Part shown: positions 1 to 7,671 of the stretch, piece after piece
Numbering within the stretch: position 1 is the stretch's first letter
How the letters are laid out: each line of letters starts with the position of its first letter
Source of the DNA: an uncultured Nitrososphaerota archaeon
GTDB lineage: Archaea; Korarchaeota; Korarchaeia; Korarchaeales; Korarchaeaceae
Length of the DNA: 32,000 nt
Reading direction: 5' to 3'
NCBI GenBank assembly: GCA_964480775.1
Contig: CAYZRF010000001.1
Coordinates: forward strand, 26,101-58,100
The notes under the pieces: model-generated
Told to the model about the DNA's origin: nothing
Databases searched by the model: none
The model's input: only the letters and a program-made list of their open reading frames with translations
Program-made: the position numbers and the translations under genes

Positions 1-93
1 GCATTCCTGAGACGAAACCTACCCCGATTCCTGTCAATAACAAAGCAAGGACGTATTGTGGAGGCATTGCTATCTTAGGTTTCTAATGATAAC

Positions 94-109
94 AAATTTA
101 AAAAATATT
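94..109 (+). promoter_or_regulatory. TATA-like box for the Lrp/AsnC gene
   Basis: The A/T tract 'aaatttaaaaaatatt' is centred about 28 nt upstream of the ATG at 129. The TTG used as the start in the ORF track (108) lies inside this tract. Confidence 0.35.
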
Positions 110-128
110 GGTTTCCTTTCGTAACTTA

Positions 129-692
129 ATGGACGAAAGGGACCTCATGATAATTCGAGGGCTTGCTGCGGACGGGAGAACTCCCCTAGAAAAAATAGGT
201 GAGAGAATAGGAATTAGCAGGGTTGCGGTTACAAAAAGGCTGAGAAATATGACGAATAGAGGTCTTCTCAAGGTAGGAGCAATGATAAATCCCAACAAAT
301 TGGATTTTAAAGTGCTTTTCATAAGCATAGAAGTTGCAAATTACGAAGATCTGCAGAAGCTAGTTGAAACTTACAAGGATTGTCCAAGGATAATTTCCTT
401 GATCCATGCCGCGGGAGGATATAATCTTCTAGCTCTAATGTATGCTGAGGATGAAAGGACTCTCATGAGCATCCTAAGCGGTTGCTCGATAAGGACTAGA
501 AGAGAGGTTAGGAGGTCCGAAGTTAGCGTTGGCCGCCTCATATACCCGAAGTACTTACCGATAACGCTGTCTTCTGGAGGAGAAAGCGAAAGCACACCGT
601 GTGGTCTTTCTTGTGGGAAGTGCGAGAGGTATAACGCGGAGCAATGCCTTGGATGCCCTAGTACAAAGTTCTACAGGCCTGTTTGGCTTTAA
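129..692 (+). CDS. Lrp/AsnC-family transcriptional regulator with a C-terminal Cys-rich tail
   Basis: This is ORF 108..692. The first ATG at 129 gives MDERDLMIIRGLAADGRTPLEKIGERIGISRVAVTKRLRNM, an AsnC-type HTH, followed by a RAM-like effector domain (FISIEV...LLALMYAED). The tail carries C-x3-C-x2-C-x7-C-x2-C. Confidence 0.8.
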   Translation: MDERDLMIIRGLAADGRTPLEKIGERIGISRVAVTKRLRNMTNRGLLKVGAMINPNKLDFKVLFISIEVANYEDLQKLVETYKDCPRIISLIHAAGGYNLLALMYAEDERTLMSILSGCSIRTRREVRRSEVSVGRLIYPKYLPITLSSGGESESTPCGLSCGKCERYNAEQCLGCPSTKFYRPVWL

Positions 693-717
693 TTTCAGGG
701 GATATTTTCACCTGAAA
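693..717. terminator. Hairpin in the convergent intergenic gap (Lrp-like / pmbA)
   Basis: 'tttcagg' (693-699) pairs perfectly with 'cctgaaa' (711-717) across an 11-nt loop, immediately after the stop at 690-692. Archaeal terminators are usually T-tracts, so its function is uncertain. Confidence 0.3.
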
Positions 718-801
718 CGGACTTCTCAAGCTACTGCAATTGTTTTTAGCATGAAACCTCAGAAATCGCTAAAATAAGCACCAAGCTAAGCTTCTCATGC
801 C

Positions 802-2172
802 TCATTTCGTGATTATAGTCATGTCTTCCACGACCAACTTTGGTGCAACGAAGTTTCCTACCTGCCTAGCCTCCTTTCCAATTAGTGTTACCTTCTTCAG
901 CATCTCATAGGCATTTCCAGCCATCATAACGCCCTTAACTGCGTGGGTTATCCTTCCATCCTTTATCCTGAACGCTGGGGCCAGGGCAACTGAGAACTCC
1001 CCAGTCTCGGGATTGGATTGGTGCGCGCCCTGCACCTCCCTTACGTAGTACCCATCCCTTACCTCTGATATGAGTTCCTCTTCAGAGGCATCCCCAGGCT
1101 GGACAACTATGTTCGTTGGACTTATTGATGGCACTGTGCCGTACTTTGGTAGCGCTAAACCCCCGCCTCCCCTACCCGCGTTCCCAGTACTCTCCTTTCC
1201 CACAAGCCTTGCCCAATAGTTGTTGTAGATGAACTTAGAAAGCACTCCTTTCTCTATTATTGGAGTTCTCTGGCAAGGAACTCCCTCCAGATCTGCTTTT
1301 GCTGAGTAGAGCCCACCAGGGAGCGTTCCATCGTCGTATATGCTCAGGATTTCAGAGGCAACCTGCTGTCCTACCTTGTCCTTATAGGCGCTCTTTCCTC
1401 TGTAAACGTTGTCGCCCTTTATGGTCTCGACAAACGTGAAGGTTAGAATGTCTTGAAGGGCAAATGGATCCAAGAGAACCTTGAACTTACCCTGTTCTGC
1501 TGGCCCAACGTTGGTCGACTTAAGGGCAAGGCTGCCAGCCTCCCTTCCAACCCAATCCGGGTCTATCTCATACTTTCTCCTAGCAATGAACTCGTAGCAC
1601 ATCGGAGATACCTGGGTCTCGGACCTTGCCATGGCTGCCATGTAGGTTGCGATGCCAGTTCCCCTATCATATACCTCAACTCCGTGGCTGTTGGCACATG
1701 CAAGCTCGGAAATGTAGATCTCCGTTCCGCCAAACGCAGGCAGGACATTTGATCCCACAGAGAAAGTTGCATCAATAACCCTTTGAGAGATCTCTACCGT
1801 CGTCTCAGAAGTAAGCTCCTCGATCTTCTTGTCGTAGGTCTCGGGAACCGTTGGATAAGCTTTCGGGAAAGGCAAAGACTTCCAATTTTCGTCTTTTGGA
1901 CTAGCTTTTGCCGCTTTCATGGCTCTAGTAGCCATTTCTCTTGCAATTTCTTCGGTAAGAACGTTTGTAAACGCAAAACCTATGCTTCCGTTAAGAATTA
2001 CCCTCACAGCTATGCCAACATCAGTTATGTCGCTACAGCTCTTTATCTGGCCCCTTTCTATTTCAGATCCCATACTTCTTCCGCCATAAACAAGAGCCTC
2101 CGCCTCGGAGGCACCCAACCTCATCGCTTCCTCAACTGCCTTCTTGCACAGATCTAAATGCTCAGAACTCAA
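802..2172 (-). CDS. pmbA: PmbA/TldE-family protein (partner of the TldD metalloprotease)
   Basis: The 456-aa ORF has TldD/PmbA-family blocks (GIAVRVILNGSIGFAFTN; GRGGGG...; YYVREVQGAHQSNPETGEFS) and lacks HExxxH, as expected for the PmbA subunit. Its TTG start sits 1 nt after the tldD stop, which indicates translational coupling. Confidence 0.9.
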   Translation of the reverse strand: MSSEHLDLCKKAVEEAMRLGASEAEALVYGGRSMGSEIERGQIKSCSDITDVGIAVRVILNGSIGFAFTNVLTEEIAREMATRAMKAAKASPKDENWKSLPFPKAYPTVPETYDKKIEELTSETTVEISQRVIDATFSVGSNVLPAFGGTEIYISELACANSHGVEVYDRGTGIATYMAAMARSETQVSPMCYEFIARRKYEIDPDWVGREAGSLALKSTNVGPAEQGKFKVLLDPFALQDILTFTFVETIKGDNVYRGKSAYKDKVGQQVASEILSIYDDGTLPGGLYSAKADLEGVPCQRTPIIEKGVLSKFIYNNYWARLVGKESTGNAGRGGGGLALPKYGTVPSISPTNIVVQPGDASEEELISEVRDGYYVREVQGAHQSNPETGEFSVALAPAFRIKDGRITHAVKGVMMAGNAYEMLKKVTLIGKEARQVGNFVAPKLVVEDMTIITK

Positions 2173-2173
2173 C

Positions 2174-3550
2174 TCAATACCCCCCTATCGTTATCTCCTT
2201 AACCCTTAGGTGCGGTCCTCCGGATGATATGAATGCAGACTGACCCTTTCCGCACCTTCCGCACTCAAGGCCGAAGTCCTTTCCGCAAGCATCTACCATC
2301 ATTAGGGTTTCAAGCGTGTTTCCTGAGATGCCGAGGTTCCTAACGGGCTCTCCAACTTCGCCGTTCACTATCTCGAAGGCACTTTGAACTCCTACTGTGA
2401 AGGTCCCATCCAGATTCGCTTGACCTCCCCTGAATGCCTCAAGGTAATAACCGAACTTTATCCCCTCAAGGAGTTCCTCGAAGCTGTAGTCTCCCCTCTC
2501 GAAGCAGGTGTTCCTCATCCTGATAAGAGGGGGCACGCGGAAGTCTTGGGCCCTTGCATTACCAGTTGGCTCAGCTCCCATCTTAGCTGCTGTCTCTCTA
2601 TCGTGCATCAAGCCCACTAAAACGCCCTTCTCAATCAGCATCGTCTTCTGGCCTGGAACTCCCTCGTCATCGTACTTTATGTATCCAAAGCCCTCCTCCA
2701 TGAGGGCGTCATCGTATATCGTTACGGCTTCGCTTGCTATCTTCTTTCCTATCTTGTCAACTATTATGCTTCCTGCAAGCGTGAGGTCGGCTTCGCAAAG
2801 GTGGCCAAGAGCCTCGTGGGCCAGAACTCCAACTATGTCGGTCCCTATTATAGCTGGAAATCTGCCTCCCTTCGGAGTCTTTGCCTCTAACTGCTGAACA
2901 ACACGCTTGCACACCCTGCCCGATATCTTCTCAGGGGTCTCAAGGTCGAAAAGTTCGTATCCGTGGGCTCCTATTTCGTCCCTAGCGCTTGCCATGATCC
3001 CGTTTCCAACGCCCGTAACCCAGCAGTAGTTCCAGACGTAGTCCTTCTTCTGCTCTATGTAGGTTCCCTCCGTCGTGGCAATGACCTCGTCGGTGGATAT
3101 GTCAGCGTACCTTATCGTGACGCTCTTGATCCTCGGATCGTATTCAAAGGATAGCTTGTCTATCTTCAGGAGGTTAGATAGCTTCTGTGATATGTCAACT
3201 TGGGTTGGGTCCTTTTTGGCTAGGGACCTAACTTTGTCCTCAACTGCCTTAACTTCAGCAAGCTTTACAGGTTCCTTTATGTTTTTACTTGAGGCTCTCG
3301 CCATCTTAAATGCAGATTCCGCAGCTCTCTTCAGGTCCTCCTTCTGCAAAGAGCTTGACACGGAGAAGCCCCAGGCGCCGTTTACAAGGACCCTTATACC
3401 CGCCCCTGCCTCCATCGCAGAGGTCACAGCCTCAACTAACCCATCTCTCGTCGTTATAAGGGTCTTATTCGTCTTTTCTACCCTTATTTCCCCATACTCG
3501 GCTCCCTTGTCCGTAAGGAAACTCAAAACTGGGAAAAGAACGTCTTTCAT
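2174..3550 (-). CDS. tldD: TldD metalloprotease
   Basis: The ORF contains the HExxxH motif (LAHEALGHLCEAD) and family blocks (GIRVLVNGAWGFS; PTGNARAQDF; GGQANLDGTFT). The preferred start is the ATG at 3550 (MKDVLF...), preceded by GGAGGAG. The ORF-track start at 3589 would add 13 aa. Confidence 0.92.
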   Translation of the reverse strand: MKDVLFPVLSFLTDKGAEYGEIRVEKTNKTLITTRDGLVEAVTSAMEAGAGIRVLVNGAWGFSVSSSLQKEDLKRAAESAFKMARASSKNIKEPVKLAEVKAVEDKVRSLAKKDPTQVDISQKLSNLLKIDKLSFEYDPRIKSVTIRYADISTDEVIATTEGTYIEQKKDYVWNYCWVTGVGNGIMASARDEIGAHGYELFDLETPEKISGRVCKRVVQQLEAKTPKGGRFPAIIGTDIVGVLAHEALGHLCEADLTLAGSIIVDKIGKKIASEAVTIYDDALMEEGFGYIKYDDEGVPGQKTMLIEKGVLVGLMHDRETAAKMGAEPTGNARAQDFRVPPLIRMRNTCFERGDYSFEELLEGIKFGYYLEAFRGGQANLDGTFTVGVQSAFEIVNGEVGEPVRNLGISGNTLETLMMVDACGKDFGLECGRCGKGQSAFISSGGPHLRVKEITIGGY

Positions 3551-3698
3551 TTCATCTCCTCCTACTTTTAGGTCAAATTGTTGGCTCAATCCAACCTAAA
3601 TAAGATAACTCACAAAATGATCTTACTGCAAATAAGATAGCTTCTCCTTAAATGGGGCCCTAAAATCGCTTGCTGGCCCCTTAAGTGGTCGAGATGAG

Positions 3699-4445
3699 CT
3701 ATCTGAAGAGATCCTCTTCTATAGGCCTAATCAAGTCCTTGGCGCTTCCATCTCCTTTTGGATAGTCGTAGCCCCGTATTATCACCACAGGAACTCCTTC
3801 AGCCTTCCCCTTAGCCAATTCGGCTGCTGAAGCCAGTTCATCGGCAACAGCCATCCTCGTCACCCTGAGCATGTAGCCGAACATGTCAGCTTCTCCTCTG
3901 TAGTCCCTGAAGGGGCTCATCCCAGCAACCCCTATGGCAAAGTCAACGTGTCCCAGCCTCCAGGGCCTACCCCAAGTGTCTGTAATTATTACGGCTGGGC
4001 TTTTTCCCGTAAGATCCTTTATCCTGCTCCTTATTTCTCTGGCTGATCTGTCTGGATCCTCTGGCAGTAGGGTCACGAAGTCCTCCCCTTCGACGTTTGA
4101 CCTATCAACCCCAGCATTCGCGCACACGAATCCGTGTTTTGTCTCCATGATGAGGTGCCGGTCCTTCATCCTAACAATTCTTCCAGTTTCCCTCAGGACA
4201 ACCTCCACAAGCCTTGGATCCTTATTCATCGCCTCTGCCACGTGCTCAGCAAATTCAGATGGAACCACGTCCTTCAGGGCTATGACCCTTCCCTCGGCCT
4301 TCGACACTATCTTCTGGGTTATGACTATGACGTCCTCATCCCTTATACCGATGCCTTGGTCCTCAGCTGCCCTTACTATGATCTCGCCAAGGTCATCTCC
4401 TGGTTTTATCAGCGGAATTCCCTTCAATCCGATGATACAAATCAT
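3699..4445 (-). CDS. cofE: Coenzyme F420-0:L-glutamate ligase-like protein (CofE family)
   Basis: The 248-aa ORF shows GIPLIKPGDDLGEII..., VVITQKIVSKAEGRV, CANAGVDRSNV, AVIITDTWGRPWR and IGVAG, which fit the CofE family pattern as I recall it from Archaeoglobus and methanogen CofE. Confidence 0.85.
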   Translation of the reverse strand: MICIIGLKGIPLIKPGDDLGEIIVRAAEDQGIGIRDEDVIVITQKIVSKAEGRVIALKDVVPSEFAEHVAEAMNKDPRLVEVVLRETGRIVRMKDRHLIMETKHGFVCANAGVDRSNVEGEDFVTLLPEDPDRSAREIRSRIKDLTGKSPAVIITDTWGRPWRLGHVDFAIGVAGMSPFRDYRGEADMFGYMLRVTRMAVADELASAAELAKGKAEGVPVVIIRGYDYPKGDGSAKDLIRPIEEDLFR

Positions 4446-4464
4446 CTCAAAGATCGATTTGAAT

Positions 4465-4480
4465 CGTTTTTATTAAATTT
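4465..4480 (-). promoter_or_regulatory. TATA-like box upstream of cofE (near-leaderless arrangement)
   Basis: The minus strand reads 'aaatttaataaaaacg', centred about 28 nt upstream of the cofE ATG (4445). No SD motif lies between them. Confidence 0.35.
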
Positions 4481-4532
4481 AAGGCTATTTAATGATGAAT
4501 CTTCGGAGGAGACGCTTTTTTCTGTTTTATTG

Positions 4533-5282
4533 CTATTTACCTTCCTTTAGAATTATGGAGGCTCTGCTTGCTATGGTCTCCCTTATTTGATTCCAGATAA
4601 ATCCAAATTCCTCCATACCATCTTCTCCATTTTTTAACCGATTTCGAAATGAAGTAATTGCATCTAGAAGACCTTTAACATCTTCAAGACCGGCTTCGGA
4701 TAGGAAAGAGGAAACCTCCTCGGTCTTCTTCGCCTTCATCCCCTTCAAGTAACAGCAACCGTATGCAAGATCTAAAACGGCCCAATACAGTTGGTTTACG
4801 CACTCTCTAAGGGAATCTTCAGCCAAAGAAAGCAGAACTTTGCTTCTTTCTAATAGAAACTTGCCTATGAGCTTGCTTGGTTTCAAAAGGCTCTTCAGGT
4901 AATATTCTTTTAGAGACGAGAAAAAGTCGTATTCGTCCAACAAAGTGCGTCCTTCCTCAATTATGTGCAGGATGCACGGATCTCCTTGGATGAAGTTGCC
5001 CAAAACAGTGGGCATGTCGGTGGAGACCACTTCAATTGCACCCCATTCCCCTGCCAAAATCTCCCTCATGATCTCTTCAGTTTTCTCGTCAAGCCTCTTG
5101 AATATTAGAAGAAGACTTCCGCTCCTCCAATTTCCTGAGCTTGTGTTCGTGCCGTACAAAACCACAGAAACGAGCTTATTCCCCAATCTCATCTTTACGT
5201 CCCTTAGAATACACTCCATCTCCTTAGGAAGGTCGCCAACGGGTAATTTCCCCAGGATTTCAGGCCAAACGAGGTCCGTCAA
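4533..5282 (-). CDS. Nucleotidyltransferase-fold plus helical (HEPN/KNTase-C-like) fusion protein with apparently degenerate catalytic motifs
   Basis: The 249-aa ORF starts at TTG, preceded by AGGAGGAG with about 7 nt spacing. The N-terminus has the layout of a minimal NTase (KLVSVVLYGTNTSSGNWRSGSLLLIF), but GS is replaced by GT and the DxD/E acidic pair is absent. The C-terminal helical half has RNRLKN where HEPN-type RNxxxH would be expected. The domain assignment is by eye only. Confidence 0.55.
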   Translation of the reverse strand: MTDLVWPEILGKLPVGDLPKEMECILRDVKMRLGNKLVSVVLYGTNTSSGNWRSGSLLLIFKRLDEKTEEIMREILAGEWGAIEVVSTDMPTVLGNFIQGDPCILHIIEEGRTLLDEYDFFSSLKEYYLKSLLKPSKLIGKFLLERSKVLLSLAEDSLRECVNQLYWAVLDLAYGCCYLKGMKAKKTEEVSSFLSEAGLEDVKGLLDAITSFRNRLKNGEDGMEEFGFIWNQIRETIASRASIILKEGK

Positions 5283-5627
5283 AGTTTTCTCCTCCTTAGA
5301 AAAGGATCTTAGAGCTATGCCTGAAAGAATCGGCGAGATATGGCTGTAGAGAGCGTGGGATAAGGAACTTGCTTCCAGCCCCTGTGTCCGATGCCCTCGC
5401 TACCCTAAAGGCGATCATCCCCAATTCAACCGTTAGTTTACAAAAGCCATTTTTTCGCATGTTTTTTACACCAAACTCGATTAGAAAAGGGAGTTAAAAG
5501 AGAAAGCGCACAACAGGAAATTACAATTCGTAGTAACATTTTGTGTTGTAGAGAGAACCTCCACTTGCCGTTATATCGCCTCCAAATTAGTGAGAAGATA
5601 TAGCGATTTAGAGGAGGATCCCTGATT

Positions 5628-6407
5628 TTAGGCTTCTCTCACATAGCCGATCTTTTCAAGAGCTTCTGTTAGAGCTGACAATGCCTTCAGCTTCATTTCT
5701 TTTGCCATATCTTCGTCTATGCCTATGAAGGACTTAGTAATTATCTTATCGAAGCCTATCACAGTCTTTCTCGTGATAGCTCTTTCGTTACTCACTATAA
5801 GCCTTTCAAGATCGGATTTCAACACTATTTTATTCCCGCGGAGGACTAAGTTTGTCTCTCTCTCTTTGAGTACAACTTCTTCCTCGTTCTTACGTGCGAG
5901 TTTTGCCTTGCATCCCTTGAAAACAAATTTTCCCTGCTTATCGTAAAGTGTGGCTTCATCCATTTCGCCCTTAACTTTGAAGAACCAATCCGCTCCCTTA
6001 ACTTCTCCCTCATCTCCGAATTTTAACAGGTAATGTAGTTCTTCCTTGGCTCTTTCTATGAAATCATCTTGGTTTTCGAAGCCTTTGGGGAATTCCTGCG
6101 TCTTAACAAATTTTCCAGCGATGTTTTCCCACTTTTCGCGCTTTCCTATGATTATCCCCAAGCCCCTTATCTTATCGACGTACTGCTTAGAATACACCCC
6201 AAACTCCGTTTTCAACCTTGAATTGACCAAGTAGTCCCCTTCTCCGTAAAATACAACGCCTCTCTTCTGGTTTTTGATTTCTATCGGAACTGCATATGTT
6301 CCAGCTCTTAGGGATAAGATCACTTCATCCTCTTTCATTATAAGCGCGTCTTCCTCAAGTTTCAACACAACAGGTTTGATTTTAAATTCATCTAACAAAA
6401 ATCTCAC
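5628..6407 (-). CDS. Hypothetical protein (259 aa) translationally coupled to the ArsR-like regulator
   Basis: The GTG start at 6407 overlaps the upstream stop (GTGA) and is preceded by the strong SD 'AGGAGGGAGGAGAG'. The Lys/Glu-rich composition is coherent with neighbouring genes. I recognised no motif. Confidence 0.75.
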   Translation of the reverse strand: MRFLLDEFKIKPVVLKLEEDALIMKEDEVILSLRAGTYAVPIEIKNQKRGVVFYGEGDYLVNSRLKTEFGVYSKQYVDKIRGLGIIIGKREKWENIAGKFVKTQEFPKGFENQDDFIERAKEELHYLLKFGDEGEVKGADWFFKVKGEMDEATLYDKQGKFVFKGCKAKLARKNEEEVVLKERETNLVLRGNKIVLKSDLERLIVSNERAITRKTVIGFDKIITKSFIGIDEDMAKEMKLKALSALTEALEKIGYVREA

Positions 6408-6850
6408 CTCTCCTCCCTCCTCAATGAGGAATCGTAAAGTTGAGCCAAGAACTTCAACGCCCTAAGGCCGAGCTCAGTAATTAGATATCTCCCGCGGGCG
6501 TACTCTTGATTAACGTAGCCCGCTTTTTGAAGGATGTTGAGGTGAAAATAGAGGGGGCTATGCGACATACCTAGCTCTGACAGGAGTTCTGTGAAATACT
6601 TCCCTCTTCCAGCTAAGTTTTTCAATATTTTCACGCGCTCTGCATGAGCAAGAGGAACTACCAGCTCAACAACTTCCTTTTCCTGCAATTTACTGAAGTT
6701 CAATTTTTCCTCTTGCTCCTCTGTCAAGACTCCTTCTACCTCTTTATCCGGCATTCTACTAGGTATTTTCTCTATTTTTTCTGCTAGTTCCTCGATCTTC
6801 GATTTTATTTCCTCCAGCTCCTTCCTAATTGCCTCAACTTCTTCGAGCAA
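6404..6850 (-). CDS. ArsR/SmtB-type winged-helix regulator with an N-terminal coiled coil
   Basis: The HTH region is RVKILKNLAGRGKYFTELLSELGMSHSPLYFHLNILQKAGYV. An N-terminal heptad-like segment reads EEVEAIRKELEEIKSKIEELAEKIEKI. The ORF track extends to 6931 (TTG), but those first 27 codons read like promoter DNA containing a TATA box and a palindrome. I prefer the TTG at 6850. Confidence 0.7.
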   Translation of the reverse strand: MLEEVEAIRKELEEIKSKIEELAEKIEKIPSRMPDKEVEGVLTEEQEEKLNFSKLQEKEVVELVVPLAHAERVKILKNLAGRGKYFTELLSELGMSHSPLYFHLNILQKAGYVNQEYARGRYLITELGLRALKFLAQLYDSSLRREER

Positions 6851-6865
6851 GTATAATCCACTGTG

Positions 6866-6893
6866 GTGGATTTCATATCCACAGTTATAAATA
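6866..6893 (-). promoter_or_regulatory. TATA-like box plus adjacent inverted repeat (candidate ArsR-like operator)
   Basis: The minus strand reads 'tatttataa' (6885-6893), immediately followed by GTGGAT-atgaa-ATCCAC (6866-6882, 6-bp arms). Both lie upstream of the proposed TTG at 6850. Confidence 0.35.
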
Positions 6894-6911
6894 CTGAGCT
6901 CTATTTCTGTA

Positions 6912-6925
6912 ATACAAATTTGTAT
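6912..6925. promoter_or_regulatory. Perfect 14-nt palindrome in the arsR-like / vapB divergent region
   Basis: 'atacaaatttgtat' is its own reverse complement. It sits about 27 nt upstream of the vapB ORF start. Confidence 0.4.
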
Positions 6926-6951
6926 ATACAAAAATTATAATACATCTAAAT

Positions 6952-7200
6952 ATGGATGATGGCATGATAACCATGAGCAGCACTACCATAAGCGTTAGGA
7001 TCCCCAAGGAGCTCAAGGAAAAGATAGACAAGCACGGGATAAGAGTTAGCCAAGTCGTTAGGAAGGCTCTTGAGGAGGAAGTTAAGAGAAGGGAGCTAGA
7101 AGAAGCCGCTAAAGCTGCTGAAGAACTAGGTGAGATGTTCTCAAAGATACCTGAGCAAGAGATAGTGCGCCTCGTTAAGGAGTATAGGAGGTCAAGGTAG
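6952..7200 (+). CDS. vapB: VapB-type antitoxin (ribbon-helix-helix/CopG-like)
   Basis: The N-terminal beta strand plus helices (TISVRIPKELKEKIDKHGIRVSQVVRKALEEE) fit the fold, and the gene is small, acidic and coiled. Its stop overlaps the GTG start of the PIN gene by 1 nt. The true start could be the ATG at 6964 or 6973. Confidence 0.75.
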   Translation: MDDGMITMSSTTISVRIPKELKEKIDKHGIRVSQVVRKALEEEVKRRELEEAAKAAEELGEMFSKIPEQEIVRLVKEYRRSR

Positions 7201-7616
7201 TGTACCTGCTTGACTCAAGCGCCATAGCAATTCTCCTCAGGAGACTTGGCAGGAGGGCGTTAAATTACCTTAAAGACGTGCATACGCTAGAGCTTGCCCG
7301 GTATGAGCTGGGTAACATCGTCTGGAAGGAACATACCATTGCAGCTTCGATGAGCGTGAATGAGGCCGCAAGTAAGGCGGGTCACATCGCTAAGTTGCTG
7401 AAAACTATGAAAATTCGAGGAATACAGTCGGATGAAGACTTTATGGAGACCATGAGGCTTGCTCTTAAGCTTAAACTGACATTTTACGATGCCTCCTACC
7501 TGTACATAGCTAAAAAGGAAGGTCTCACCCTCGTGACTGAAGATAAAGAGCTCAGGGTAAAATCGAAGGAGTCTGGTGTTAAAGCCATCGCGGTAGACGA
7601 TTACATCAAGGAGTAG
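7200..7616 (+). CDS. vapC: VapC toxin (PIN-domain ribonuclease)
   Basis: The PIN acidic residues occur in the expected order: YLLDSSAI (Asp near the N-terminus), FYDASYLYIA and LVTEDKEL. The GTG start at 7200 is coupled to vapB. Confidence 0.88.
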   Translation: MYLLDSSAIAILLRRLGRRALNYLKDVHTLELARYELGNIVWKEHTIAASMSVNEAASKAGHIAKLLKTMKIRGIQSDEDFMETMRLALKLKLTFYDASYLYIAKKEGLTLVTEDKELRVKSKESGVKAIAVDDYIKE

Positions 7617-7671
7617 GCGCGCTACCTATTCTTTCTTCTCCCTCGAAAATCAGAAAAATAGAAAAAGTAGC

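Noticed and set aside
1-78. A possible 3' end of a plus-strand gene entering from the left (frame 1: AFLRRNLPRFLSITKQGRIVEALLS-stop).
   Set aside because: Only 25 codons are visible and no motif is recognisable. It cannot be supported from this window.
98-595. Minus-strand ORFs 98..328 and 371..595, opposite the Lrp/AsnC gene.
   Set aside because: They are antisense to a gene with an unmistakable AsnC-type HTH and have no motif or start signal of their own.
4492-4498. C-box-like ATGATGA motifs, considered as C/D-box sRNA candidates (also at 10606..10612 and GTGATGA at 27828..27834).
   Set aside because: There is no properly spaced D or D' box (CTGA), C' box or terminal stem within 50-70 nt. 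The 27828 site is simply the SD/start region of proS.
1453-4550. Many long plus-strand ORFs antisense to pmbA, tldD and cofE (e.g. 1453..1752, 1783..2157, 2508..2897, 3075..3599, 3934..4476, 4134..4550).
   Set aside because: They fully overlap genes with clear family motifs on the other strand. Their products are Ser/Pro/Leu/Cys/Arg-rich and low-complexity, unlike the Lys/Glu/Ile-rich proteins of this genome. These are typical shadow ORFs.
5350-5430. A locally GC-richer stretch (minus strand 'gggtagcgagggcatcggacacaggggctgg'), considered as a tRNA or ncRNA.
   Set aside because: It cannot be folded into a cloverleaf. There is no acceptor-stem complement, T-loop GTTCRA or D-loop signature.
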